Assembly: GCF_001194135.2 (NCBI RefSeq)
Contig: NC_068986.1
Span: 42,690,213 to 42,754,212, forward strand
DNA length: 64,000 nucleotides
Direction: 5' to 3'
Source of the DNA: Octopus bimaculoides
Lineage: Eukaryota
The notes below the pieces were generated by a model that ran no database searches, was not told the DNA's origin, and worked only from the letters and a program-made list of their open reading frames with translations. Both the position numbers and the translations under genes were made by a program. Within the stretch, counting starts at the first letter, position 1; each line of letters starts with the position of its first letter. Below are positions 51,950 to 64,000 of this stretch, piece by piece.

Positions 51950-52430
51950 ACTCAGAATTGTTAGCACTCCAGGCAAAATGCTTAGTGGAATTTTGTCCAT
52001 CTGCACATTTCTTAGTTCAGATTCTGCTGAGGTTGACTTTGCATTTCATCCTTTCAGGGTCAACAAAATAAGTACCAGTTGAGCACCTGGGTCAATTTCA
52101 TTGACTTAACCCATCTCCCCAAATTGCTGGCCGTGTGCTAAAATTTGCAACCAATATAATTATGACTCTACTTTTTAGGATTATTAACTGCATGTTTATT
52201 TAAGATATTGATTACATTTAATCTAGACACAAGCCTGGCAGTTTTGAAGGGAAAGGGTTAGTTAATACCATTGGGCCCAGTGCATAGCTGATACTTTATT
52301 TTATTGATTTCTGATGGGTGAAATGCAAAGTTGACTTCAGTATCATTTCAAATCAGAATGTACTGAAATGAAAGAAATATCACAAGGCATTTTTTCTGAT
52401 ACTCTATCAATTCTGCCAATCTGCTGCATT
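51950..52430. mobile_element. Tail-to-tail inverted pair of SINE family B copies
   Basis: + copy about 51950-52155, - copy about 52220-52430. Confidence 0.65.
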
Positions 52431-52910
52431 AATATGTACACAGTATGTTGAGTATTTTAAACTGTATCTTATAGCTGATGTGCATACTGGATTTGAACTA
52501 AGAATCAGTACTGCTAAACTAAAGCTCGTAAAATTCCTGTTACTCATAGCTCAGAATGATTTATGCACTCTTAGATTTAGCTTGAATCCACACTGGAACT
52601 ATGTGTACATGCAGGAGTAAGACACCTAATGAGTATCAGAAATCAACCAATTAAAATGATATGTAGACATTGATATTGTTAAAATGTGGTTCATTTCTAC
52701 AGATTAAGTTATTAGTTTGAAATTTGTTTCTAACGAAAATAATTGTTTTTCAAGCCACTAAATTATTTAATGAAATTTTGTGGCTTATAACCAATTTACA
52801 AACCAAATTTCAACTGGTACATCTATAAATACAGTCAAATTGCTTGTTATTATACTTATCACCAACCTTGATAAATGTCTTCTTTATGATATGAATTGTG
52901 AACTTTTCAG

Positions 52911-53134
52911 GAGAACTCTATAATGACTAATACTGCATACCAAAGACAGAGAGAACTAACTGAGAGTAAGATTTTAAAGTTGCAAGGAAGTATCCAAGGT
53001 TTAACTAAAAGTGCAAACCCATTGGGTAAGATAATGGATTACATTCAAGAAGATCTAGATTCTATGCACAAAGAGTTGAACCAATGGAAAGGAGAAAAGC
53101 TAGAATACAGATTAGCTTTGAAAGAAGAGAGAGA
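52911..53134 (+). CDS. TRAF3IP1: TRAF3IP1 C-terminal coiled-coil exon (ENSIMTNTAYQRQRELTESKILKLQGSIQGLTKSANPLGKIMDYIQEDLDSMHKELNQWKGEKLEYRLALKEER)
   Basis: aacttttcAG acceptor, GA/GTaagt donor, 224 nt. PLGKIMDYIQED is the hallmark motif of the MIP-T3/IFT54 C-terminus. Confidence 0.95.
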
Positions 53135-53524
53135 GTAAGTATTCATTATACGTATTCTATGTCTTATAATTATGTATATATTGATGAAATTTTCGTAGAA
53201 TGTGCTTTATAGTAGATATAGATAATTGTATGTTATCTACAGCTTGCTCACAGCAATCAAATAAAACTTTGCATATTTATGTGTATTTAATTCTACTATT
53301 TCATATTTGCAATGCGTTCCTTGCTCCATCATATAATTAAATTTATGCTGTTCTATTTATTTAATCTTTTTCTCTTAAAGCAAAATATGTCCTACTGCTG
53401 TTTCTTGGTTAATTGAACTGTTTCTATGTAGTTTCTTGCATTCCTTTATATACAGAAAATGAATCAAGTTAACTGCTGATACATTCAATTAATACCCAAT
53501 TTACATAAAAATATTTTCCTTCAC

Positions 53525-53752
53525 TTAACCCTTTAGCATTTAAACTGGCCATCTCTGACCCAAATATTCTACTTGTTTTATGTTCAAACCAGCCGGATCT
53601 AGCCTCTCACACCTACTCTACAATGTCATTCTAAAAATAAACAATCACATCATAGAAATGTTAATGCTACAAAATAATGGATGATTAATTCATAGCAGTA
53701 TGAATAAATAAGTATTACATTTAACAGAGTAATCTGAATGTGAAAGAGTTAA
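53525..53752 (+). mobile_element. TTAA-flanked MITE family 1 copy
   Basis: TTAA-ccctttagcatt ... aatgtgaaagag-TTAA. Confidence 0.8.
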
Positions 53753-55632
53753 ACTTTTTTTTCAGTCTTTTCTCCCCCCACCTTCTACCCTGGCTTGTTC
53801 TCCCACCAAAATACCAGTAACTCACACTCTGAGGCTCAAATTTCACATTGTCTGTAGAACTACACTTCTGTATAATATTTATGAATGCATTCCCAATTAT
53901 TTCTATTGGCTCATCTTAAAATAGTTCTTCAGTTAACTTATACAACTGTACCTTTATGTATCTGTACATTTATGATCTAGTTGATTTAGTTGAGTCCAAG
54001 ATTTACTGGTTTTAATATTAAGAAGCATTAGAGTGTTAGTTTGGCAAAAACCTTTTAGCACATCAGACTCAATGACTTATGATATAAAAAGTTATTTACA
54101 TTCAAATCTTGCTGGTTCATAATGTATCAGTCAAGTACTTGGGTTAATATAATTGATTATACTGACCTTTAAACTTTCTAGTTATGTCCCAATGTTAGTT
54201 AGTAGTATCATGAAGCATATTTAAATGTTTTCATGTAAGTTATAATAAATATTTCTATCACTCAGATATATGAGTCTCAGATGTCTTAATATAATTAGAC
54301 TGTCTGATTCTCAAAATCTTTGGATTAATTTGTATTTGAAGAATAGTAGTAATTGATCAATATGTAATGATGCTGCATTTATAAAAATGTATTGTTAAAA
54401 GCAATTTATAACCAAATTCAGATGGCTGAATAATCAAGATTTCCCATTAGTCTTGATCGTCACATCTTCATATCAGATTGAGGAGTGAGTCACTTATTTT
54501 ATTACTTGAAGTTGTCTATCCAAGCCATCTATCTATAGCTCTAGAATAGTTGGTGTTGGGAAGAGCATCCAGCTGTAAAATCCCTGCCAAAACAGACACA
54601 GTATCCTTAGGTAGATTCTCTACCTGGCCAGCTCCTTTCAACTGTCCTACCTATGCATACATGGTAGATGGATGTTAAACAATGATGATGATGATGATAT
54701 ATATAAAATTAAGTTTTGTTGGCAATTTTACAATCAGGAAGCAGAGGATGAGGTATAAACAAACAGTTGTGAAAATATTTACTTCAATCACAGGTATAAA
54801 TAATAGAATTCGCTTCCTGTTTCTTGCACACATATACACATTTACACATACACACATACTAGGAGTGCTGCCATTTATTTTCTCATATTTTCTTTTGGTT
54901 TGTTAAATAAATAATAAGTGCCTGATTTAGTTTTCATTAATATCATAAGATTTTATAGAAGCTATCAGTAAAAAATCAGTTTCAGATTATCTGGCAGTTT
55001 TCATTATATTAATTTTTTGTATACATTTCATTTCTTCGTTTATTGGCTTAAGTTATTTTAAAATCAAATCTGATTATTACTTTTTTTATTTAATTGATAA
55101 GAAGTAAATATAGTTTTTAAGTTTTTTTCCTTAACCATTTTGATCATTTTTGCCATCTTCTCCCTCATTTATTATTATGATCGTCCCGTTGTTATTATTT
55201 TAGTAGTATTTGTAGTTATAGTAGTTATTGTAGTATTGTAATAAGTTTCTTGAAATATTTTTTTTGCTCTATATAAATTGGTCTGCTTGTGTTGTATAAA
55301 AGATCTGAATTATAGTTTTTATCCATCACAATAATATGTAGTTATTCAACTGTCTGTATCATCAGAACACACCACAATAGCCTCAGGGAAAAGACAATAA
55401 ATAAAATTGAAATTTCCTTCTCTATTTTCTTTTAGTTTACTATCAGTTCTATAAATTACAGAGTAGCATCATTGATTTTATATTTTGTTTTAAGGTTTTG
55501 TATGACAACTTGTAAAATAGCTTAATCATATTGTTCATGAATTCTACTGATTCTAAAGAATAATTTGTTGGCCCTTTCTTTTACATGAAAACAAAAAAAA
55601 AATGAGTCTGAGAAAATTGACTGATGTGTTTA

Positions 55633-56025
55633 TCTTTTACTTACTTCAGTCATTTAACTGTGGCCATGCTGGGGCACCACCCTGATAGGTTTTTTTAGTC
55701 AAACAAATCAACTCCAGGACTTATATTTTTTTAAAGCCTGAAACTTATTCTATTGGTCTCTTTTGCTAAACCACTAAGTTATGAGGACATAAACACACCA
55801 ACACCAGTTGTCATGCAGTGGTGAGAGACAAACATGGACACACACACACACATACACACATATATATGACAGGCTTCTTTCAGTTTCCATCTACCAATCT
55901 ACTCACAAGGTATTGGTCAGCCCAAGGCTATAGTAAAAGACACTTGTACAAGATGCCATGCAGTAGGAATGAACTCAGAGCCATATGGCTGGGAAGCAAG
56001 CTTCTTACCACACCGCCGTGCCTGT
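55633..56025 (-). mobile_element. SINE family A, full length, reverse
   Basis: Reverse complement colinear with 2520-2915. Confidence 0.85.
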
Positions 56026-57940
56026 AAAAGTTGTAGTGAAGTACATGTTTTTTGGTGCTGTTTGTATATTGTGGGAGCGGAATTTCATGTTGTAGGAGTG
56101 ACCTCTTGTCTGAGAAGAAGAAACAGTTTGAGGAATGAAACAAGGATATATTTATTAATAACATTCATTTCTTTTCACTGACCTTTACATAAGTATAGCT
56201 GTAGATGTTACTAGTACTTGTTTTGTCATTTCTAGTGGAACAAAGGAAGAAGTTCTTGTACAGCATGTTTTGAAAATGAATCTGTGAAGTTCTGAAGTAG
56301 TTCTAGTCATAAAGTATTTCTGTAATTCTACAGATCACTTTCTGACATACAGTATTGGTAAATTCTCTTGGTACTGGTTTCATAATTAATGTTATTTTTA
56401 TTGTATGACTTCATTGAAATGTCTTTTAGGGGAATTTATAACATACATATAGCTGTTGCACTGATTAACAAAGTGAATTATTTTTATTTATAGATGTACT
56501 ATACAACTAACAACAAATGTGCTTCATTTGAGTTTCTTTCAAATTCCAAGAATTTCAGTGAGATTTCATTGTGTAGCCTAACATGGCCGTCTTGCAGCTG
56601 GTGTTGTTTTTGTTTAAGCTTTCGTTCACTCTGAATGAGCTGACCTATAACCAAAGGCAGTCCAGCTGTAACTATACCACTTTTATTTTAGGCAGTGATG
56701 TAGGACTCTGGTATTTGTTATGTAATTTCTTTTTTTAATCCAATAGGATAGAAGTTGAGTAAGATTTGGCTATCAATGCTAGTCACTTGAGCAACCATAT
56801 AGAGGCTCCATACAACTGGTAGTTTATATTTCAGGTTGATAAAAAGACCCATTATGAAATGTACTGTAGAAAAATATAAGCAAAAATAAATAAATAGAAT
56901 TGATATGTTCCACTCCTATCTAATTATGCTACAGAATGATTTGAAGCCTCTTGAATGCTCATTACACATTGCTAATTCAATTGTGCCTATTCAAATGAGG
57001 GCCCCTTAAATGATTGCTAAGAATTCACTTGCTCCATGTTTATTCTAGCATTCCTAATATGATCATATTTCTATCTGTTCCCTGCACATTTTGTTCATCA
57101 AGCAGCTTAATAAATTCCATTAATGCCTGCTCATACTTTTCCTCTTAACATTTTCATTCTTCACTAATTGCTACTCTTATACTGTTCCACTCAGCCCTCC
57201 AACCAATACTATGATTTTTGTTATAAGTTACCTCTCATTTTACTTTTTTCTTGCTTTTCTTTTTTAAATTATTCTTTTAACAATTTGTTTTCTAGTTGTC
57301 CATTTTAGTTATTTATTTATTTATTTACTTTTTTTATTCAGTGAAATCATATTTATCAAATGTCATAAATTGAATTAGGGATGTACTTTGGAAATACACG
57401 TCAATTCTGATTCACTGTTTTATTTTATTAGTATCTTATGGTAAACTAGTTGTGAAGCAGTATTTAGAGCATCCAGTGCAGAAGAGGATAGTATATTCAA
57501 GGGTGGACTGGACTGAAAATTTCTGCTGGAAAAACCATGTAAAAGAATTCACTGAATGCTTAGATATTATAAAAAAGACAATGGTTTTAAGCTGGCTAAT
57601 AAACTGCTACATTTTGAAATTGTACTTGTGTTTCAAAACTGAAACAACTACATTGTTCAAGAGCCATTTTGTTATGCATAAAAGTGTTAAATTAAGTTTA
57701 AGTTAAAATTTAATTCATGAGGTGTCAAACTTTTGCTATGTAACTACAACCTTGTCTGACACAGAGTTGCAGTGGGACTGTGTCAGTGATCAGGTCTCAG
57801 CTGTACGACAAGAATTTTGAAACTTCATGACATAAATCTAGAATGAATTTAACAGCTTTGTGTGTTGCGAGATGGTTGTTCTATGAGGTAATTACTTGTT
57901 ACATTTCATCCATATTTTATTCATGAGCATTAAATAAAGA

Positions 57941-58328
57941 TAGGTGTATGCTGTGTGGTTAAGAAGTTTACTTTGCGACCACATGGTTTCAGGTTTGGTC
58001 CTACTGTGCAGAACTTAGTCCAAGTGTCTTCTATTATAGCCCCAGGCTGACCAATGCCTTGTGAGCAAAATTAATGGACACAAACTGTGGGGAAACCGGT
58101 CATGTGTGTGCTTGGCTGTCTGTATGTGTACCCCACCACTTGATAATGTTTTGGTTTGTTTATATCCCCATAATGTAGCTGTTTGCCAAGAGAAACTGAT
58201 AGAATAAATATCAGACTTTAAAAGAAAATTAAGTACTGTGCTCAATTTGTTTACTTTAACACTTAATGGTAGTGCCACTGCATGGCCACAGTTCAATGAT
58301 GAAACAAGTAAAAAATAAAAGATAAATA
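57941..58328 (+). mobile_element. SINE family A, full length, diverged
   Basis: Colinear with 2520-2915. Confidence 0.8.
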
Positions 58329-58816
58329 TAGATAACTCATGAATTAAAATCTTTATCATGAAACAACCAATTTGTGTTTTATAAAGCGATCTAGGAAACT
58401 GCTTGTTAAGTTTTTCACAAGAAAAAGAATATCATCCACAGAAACTACTGCAAATCTTCTATGATATTCATCTGCATAAAAGTTGTGTGCGTTTCATTTG
58501 ATAGCATGGAGCATCAATGAGTTATAGCTATTTTTCTTTAGCTTTCTGAACATAGGCTTGCAACTGATTTCAGTGAACGATAAGGTTAAAAGATTTATAA
58601 TCTAAGAGAAAAATTCAAGTGTGCAATGAATAATCATATAAACTACAAAGATAGTAGAGCAGGCATTTCTTACTGGACTTTCCAGAAGTGCAACATGAAT
58701 TTGAATTGTGCAGAGTTCTGATTCAAAGGGTTTGTTGCAAACTCTTCAAAGGTTTTGAAATGCAGTCAAAGTTTGGGATAAAAGCAATCTTCATCGAATG
58801 AATGAGAACCTGTATG

Positions 58817-58855
<39 letters not shown>

Positions 58856-58886
58856 AATATGTGACACCTACTTATTTGGTAGCCAT

Positions 58887-58947
58887 GATAAAACTCTGAG
58901 TTCCGGATGCCGGGGCGGAAACCCATGCCACCATCTCTTCAGTTATC
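58887..58947 (-). ncRNA. Degenerate hammerhead motif
   Basis: Minus strand: gauaa CUGAAGA gaug...cauc c GGAAC ucaga GUU uuauc. 5-bp stem I, 4-bp stem II, A13G change and one extra C. Confidence 0.45.
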
Positions 58948-60515
58948 TGACCATTGGAAATTCCTATGAAAATGACCGTTAAGCAAGGGGAAATTACTGT
59001 GTGGTTGACCGTTATTAAGACAAAAGAGCTATAGACCGCTAAGTAAGGGGAAGGAGTAAAGGTAAGGGGGTAAAAGAGTAAAAAGGTCCATAGTATTCGT
59101 GTAAGCGCACCAATCCGTACATGCGCCTATATGTATATACTCAAACTACCCTTGCTTGAAACACACACATGCTCACCCACACATTCGCGATGTGTATGTT
59201 TCCCTAAGTTTCCCTATCTCTAACCAAAATCACCACAAGATTTTCTAATAGAAGTCTACAAACCTATATACACACACATAGCCATATATTTATATACAAG
59301 CAGGTTAAAAGACCTTATTATTTCTCCATTTTTATATTTTTATTTTTAATTTTTAATTTTTAAATCAATTTTTATGTTTATTCCCATTTCTATGCATGAG
59401 TATATACACACCTGTCATAACAGCCCACTTTTGCATATATCCATAGGCCTACAACAATATTCTATAAAATACCCATATTTGAAACAGAATTGAAGAAATA
59501 TTTATAAACACATAGCCCACAAACTCTACCACCATAAATCACAAAGGTTAAAATTTCTTTATCACAACATACCCTACAACATAATTACCACTCACTCAAA
59601 CCCAAATAGCCAAGGAAGGTTTTCACTCAACAGAAACTATGTAAAACCAAGATTAACTTCACTGTATCACTGTCTAACAACAGATTAGCTGGCCAAAACT
59701 TTGAAGTCACTGTCAATAAATACTCTTATTTGAGAATAATACGTTTGTATTCTGCATAAGTATGGAGTAATCCATCAGATTAATGTAAAACTGTTTTCAT
59801 TATAACTGAAAATAAATGAAAACATTAATATATACATACATCTAGTTGAACCATACATATATGATGTGCCGGTAACTCACTGAGTTAGCTTTCTTTTATA
59901 TGCATTAATTTGTGAATACACAATTGTATTATATAATGCTCATTATACATATTGATGCTAACATATGCATAAGACTTATTTGCATACTGAAATTAATACT
60001 ACATGATGAAGGTGATAAGCAGTTGCTGTCATATAGAAGTCATATGGATAAATAATTCTACATACACCTCTCACATGTCCTGACATTATTCTTTATATAC
60101 ATATATATATATGAATATATATATATATCCATATATAGAGAGATTATATATAAAACGTCACAAAATATACCCATAGTTATTCAAAGCTCAATAACAGGTT
60201 GTTAAATACAGTATGTTATGACATTATAGTAAATATAATCATCTAAATCAATCCATAAGAGTAATACATATTTAGAATAAAAAACAGGCAAATATAATTT
60301 CACAGATATATCATAATTTTATGATGCTCAACAGCTGTTTCATTAGGAATAAACATAATTAATTCAGTAGTTACATAATTCAGATAGATGATTAATATAA
60401 CTTAATTTAGATTAAATTATTTTAGAGCAATGTTTTTCCAAAATCATGTGGAATATTATGAACTATACAGGTCATAGATTCTTGCTGGTTTAAATATGAG
60501 ATAGAGAGAATATAA

Positions 60516-60560
<45 letters not shown>

Positions 60561-61222
60561 TATAATTCATATATGCACATGTACATAGGCATACACACAC
60601 GTATATGTATGATGTATGTGTGTATAAATATATACATACACACACACGTGTGTGTGTGCATGCTGATGTACATGTGCATATACACACATCTACATGGACA
60701 TACTCACACACATTTGCATGTGTGTGTATATATATATATAGTACATAAATGGACATTCCATGCACCCAGATATAAAAAGCACACATTTATACATACATAC
60801 ATGCATAAATGCACATAAAGTAAAAAAGCAAATCTTACACCACTACAGATATGCAAACATAATAATGAAGACATAGGAAAGATGATTGTAAAAATATGAA
60901 TACATATATACACCATGAAGACAAAAGGTGATAACAAGATTATTTCTTATACTGTAAGTGTCTAAATACAATACAGAAATGGAATAGGCAATTTAAGCAC
61001 TAATAAAGGGAAAATGTGTTGTAGTATAGTAATTCATGCTGGTGCAAGAATCCAAATAATACGGTATCTATTAATTTGGTAGTATGTTCTTACAGATTCG
61101 AATGTGAATCTCTCATTGCTGTCATAATTTGCCGTTGGGGGAACATCTATCTTGAGGCAATGTGTATTCATAACACATGTGATTTATCAGAATAAAGGGA
61201 CTTCAAGAGACTGAGTGATTTT

Positions 61223-61261
<39 letters not shown>

Positions 61262-61386
61262 TTTTGGTGAATATACAAGTCCAAGAATGTATGTTTTTTA
61301 TCTGTAGTCTGTATGTAGACATATGTGATTGTATATGTACATTTAAGTGTGCATATATGTGTGTATGTACACATATTTAACTAATG

Positions 61387-61424
<38 letters not shown>

Positions 61425-61495
61425 TGCAGCGTGGAAGGTGTTTATAAGCCATTTAAAATAACACACAAAAGATTCACTTCAACATTTAAATTTAA

Positions 61496-61546
61496 TTTGT
61501 CAAAATATTTTCGTCACTTTGAGACTGCGACCTGTTCACTGACAAA
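61496..61546 (-). ncRNA. Minimal hammerhead-like motif with G3:C8 variant core
   Basis: Minus strand: uuuguca GUGAACA g gucgc-agucucaaa-gugac GAAA auau UU ugacaaa. 7-bp stem I, 5-bp stem II, palindromic helix III. Confidence 0.55.
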
Positions 61547-61585
61547 ATTATATATATATATATATATATCACAGCAAAATCAATT

Positions 61586-62753
61586 TAGCCCAACAAATTA
61601 GGGAGGGAGTTAGTTTAGTTGAGATGCAGTTTGGGTTTGTGCCAGGGAGAAGCATCACTGATGCTATGTTTTAGGCAAGAGAGCTGCAGTTGAAATACCT
61701 AACCAAAGATAAACCACTGTACTTGGCTTTTGTTGACATGGAGAAAGCTTGTGACAGTGTCCCCCAATTCCTTATCTGGTGGTCAGTGTGCAAACTAGGG
61801 ATAGATGAGTGGTTTGTGAGAGCTGTACAAAGCCATGTATAGGGATGCTGTCAGTAAGGTGAGGATTGGCAACAAGTATAGCAAAGAATTCAGGGTAGAA
61901 GTAGGGGTTCACCAATGTTCAGTCCTCAGCCCCCTTCTTGCTCATCATAGTCCTCCTGATAATAACAGAAATTCAAGATAGGCTACCCCTAGGAGCTCCT
62001 TTATGCTGATGACTTTGCTCTAATAGCTAAGTCACTACCAGACCTAGAGAAGCAAGGTCTAGAATTGAAGAGCCTTAGAGTTAACCTAGCAAAAACCAGA
62101 GTCTTAGTAAGTAGGAAGAAAGACAAATCACAAATCCCTTCAGGTAGATGACCCTGCTAGATCTGTAGAAAAGGTACAGGGAGAAACTCGGACACATAAG
62201 AAGCGCAACAACATCAAAGGAAGGTTAACTGAGAAGATAGTTTTTGTGTGGGAGATGCACAGGTACAATAAACACCAAAAATGTACAGAAAACAGATTCC
62301 ATCTCATGCCAGTGGGAAAAACTGGTGGTTGATAGCTTCTGTTACCTAGGTGATCAAGTCAGTAGTTGGGGTGGATGCTCTGGGAGCATAGCTGCCAGAA
62401 TAAGAATAGGCTGGACAAAATTCAGTGAGCTCCTACCTCTGCTGGTAACAAAGGGCCTCTCGCTCAGAGTGAAAGGTAGACTGTATGATGCCTGTGTGTG
62501 AACAGTCATGTTACATGGAGTGAAACATGGGCTGACTGCTGAGGACATGCATAGACTTGAAAGATATTAGGTTAGTATGCTCCGCAGGATGTGTAATGTC
62601 AGTGTGCATGTACGACAGAGTGTAAGCATCTTGGGAGAAAAGTTGGACATACGAAGCATCAGTTGTGGTGTGCAAGAGAGACAACTGTGCTGGTATGGTC
62701 ATGTGATGCATATGGATGAAGACAGCTGTGTGAAGAAGTGTCACACCCTAACG
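61586..62753 (+). mobile_element. RTE-clade LINE internal fragment, same family as 15698-18591, opposite orientation
   Basis: Direct nucleotide similarity to the reverse complement of about 16540-17760 (FVDMEK, LYADD, DSFCYLG, LSLRVKGRLYDACV). Many stops and indels; truncated at 62753. Confidence 0.9.
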
Positions 62754-63207
62754 CCTACATTTGAGGAGTGATGGAATTAATTGCGAGGAAACTCAGTCCA
62801 CAGGCACAGATAACTGATGGGGACTGTCTGGTAATATTGTTAAATGTTTTTCTTTTATTTATTGGTAAAATAAGTATTTTTATATAAATTCATTTGATAT
62901 TTATTGTTAGTCGAAATATATACATTGATTTTATTATTATTATTGTATTTTAATCTGAAGATTAGCTATACTTTTGAATAGAATTGATTTTCGATCGATT
63001 TATTTTGAATTGATTTGATTTTTATTTTATTTCCTATTTGAGAATATGGTTATGAAACACGTGTAGTCATTTTTACTATTTTAATATTTATACTTTTTTA
63101 AATTTTTATTATAGGTCTTCTTAGTGTATTTACTTATTAAATTTTTCTATATGTGATTGTGGATTTTCATGGATGAATTAGATAATTGTGGTTTTTTTTC
63201 TCAAAAT

Positions 63208-63256
<49 letters not shown>

Positions 63257-63975
63257 ATATATGTATATATATATATGAGGAAGTGCTTTGAGTAAAAGAA
63301 AATACAGGAGGATCAGTTAATTATGATTTTATTCTCAGATTCACACTCTAAAGGAACTCAGAAGGTTTGGCCTCCAACCAGCCTTTTCATGGTACCCTTA
63401 AGCCAGGAACTTTTTAGCACCCACTAATATATATATCTATATATATGGATACTTTTTTTTTTATAATTTATGAATTTGTATTGTAAGATTCCTGATATGA
63501 AATCGTGTGTTAAATCAGGTATTTTTATATTTCGGTATGTTCTTTCTTTTTCCTTGCCAGATATACACTCATTTATTATTGTTCTTATTTTATTTTATGC
63601 CCACTGTCTGGTGCAGGCAGTGGACAAAGTGCGTTAGCGAGTCCCCATTAGTTAGCCTTACTTATGTTCGAGAAGCAACAGGCCCAGTCAAGAGAAGTGC
63701 ATGGATCCCGCCGGCAGTGGTAGGGTGCTGCCCTGCCACCTGCAGATGCCGCATGCCTACCAGCCTGATGGGAACAGATCAGACGGGGGGTGCACCCAAT
63801 GCCAGCACCCTGGGAATCAAGCACTGAAAAGGCGGCAGATAACCGCCCATGGAATGTGCAGTTTGGCCATCTGTGACAATGACACCTCAGCAAGAATCAG
63901 TGGACTGGGTTCCCTCACAATTAATTCCATCGCTCTTCAAATGTAGGCACAGATAACTGATAGGGACAGCCTAAT
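62754..63975 (+). mobile_element. ORF-less Penelope-like/retrozyme-like element with inverted + direct terminal repeats
   Basis: 47-bp inverted repeat 62754-62800 / 63901-63947 (42/47). 17-nt direct repeat aggcacagataactgat at 62802-62818 and 63945-63961. Internal hammerhead-like motif. Confidence 0.5.
62951..63069 (+). ncRNA. Degenerate type I hammerhead motif with long stem II
   Basis: CUGAAGA (62955-62961) ... GAAAC-acgu-GUA (63054-63065). Stem II: tagctata/tatggtta and ttttgaatag/ctatttgaga; stem I weak. Confidence 0.5.
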
Positions 63976-64000
63976 GTATCTCACCCTTAGCATGTACAAG

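Noticed and set aside
52923-53138. Stand-alone 71-aa ORF
   Set aside because: It is an internal exon with a canonical acceptor at 52910 and donor at 53135; the TAA lies in the intron.
63507-63946. Overlapping ORFs in the GC-rich block
   Set aside because: No homology recognised; better explained by local GC content within a repeat.

Overview
AT-rich animal genomic DNA, dense in microsatellites, with two N-gaps. The repeat families look like those of an octopus or other coleoid cephalopod (inferred from pattern recognition, not a database search). The only host gene supported is TRAF3IP1/IFT54 (MIP-T3) on the + strand. Four C-terminal exons (12941-13052, 13669-13702, 33067-33149, 52911-53134) splice into one open frame, which requires a non-canonical GC donor at 13703. 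Upstream exons and the last exon(s) were not found, so most of the window is probably intronic. The introns hold two decayed RTE LINEs, an RTE-X-like fragment, a Neptune-like Penelope element (RT + GIY-YIG) and a second Penelope relic. They also hold a TIR-bounded Tc1/mariner derivative, TTAA-flanked piggyBac-type MITEs, a Helentron/HINE-like element, two tRNA-derived SINE families and many short (GAT)n-tailed RTE 3'-end copies. The most notable hand-found signal is six hammerhead-ribozyme-like motifs of the minimal Penelope type. One has a swapped G3:C8 core pair, two have a long stem II, and several sit in ORF-less elements next to (TA)n tracts. There are also several long fold-back structures. 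All RNA folds were paired by eye and need computational and biochemical confirmation. Repeat boundaries are approximate.
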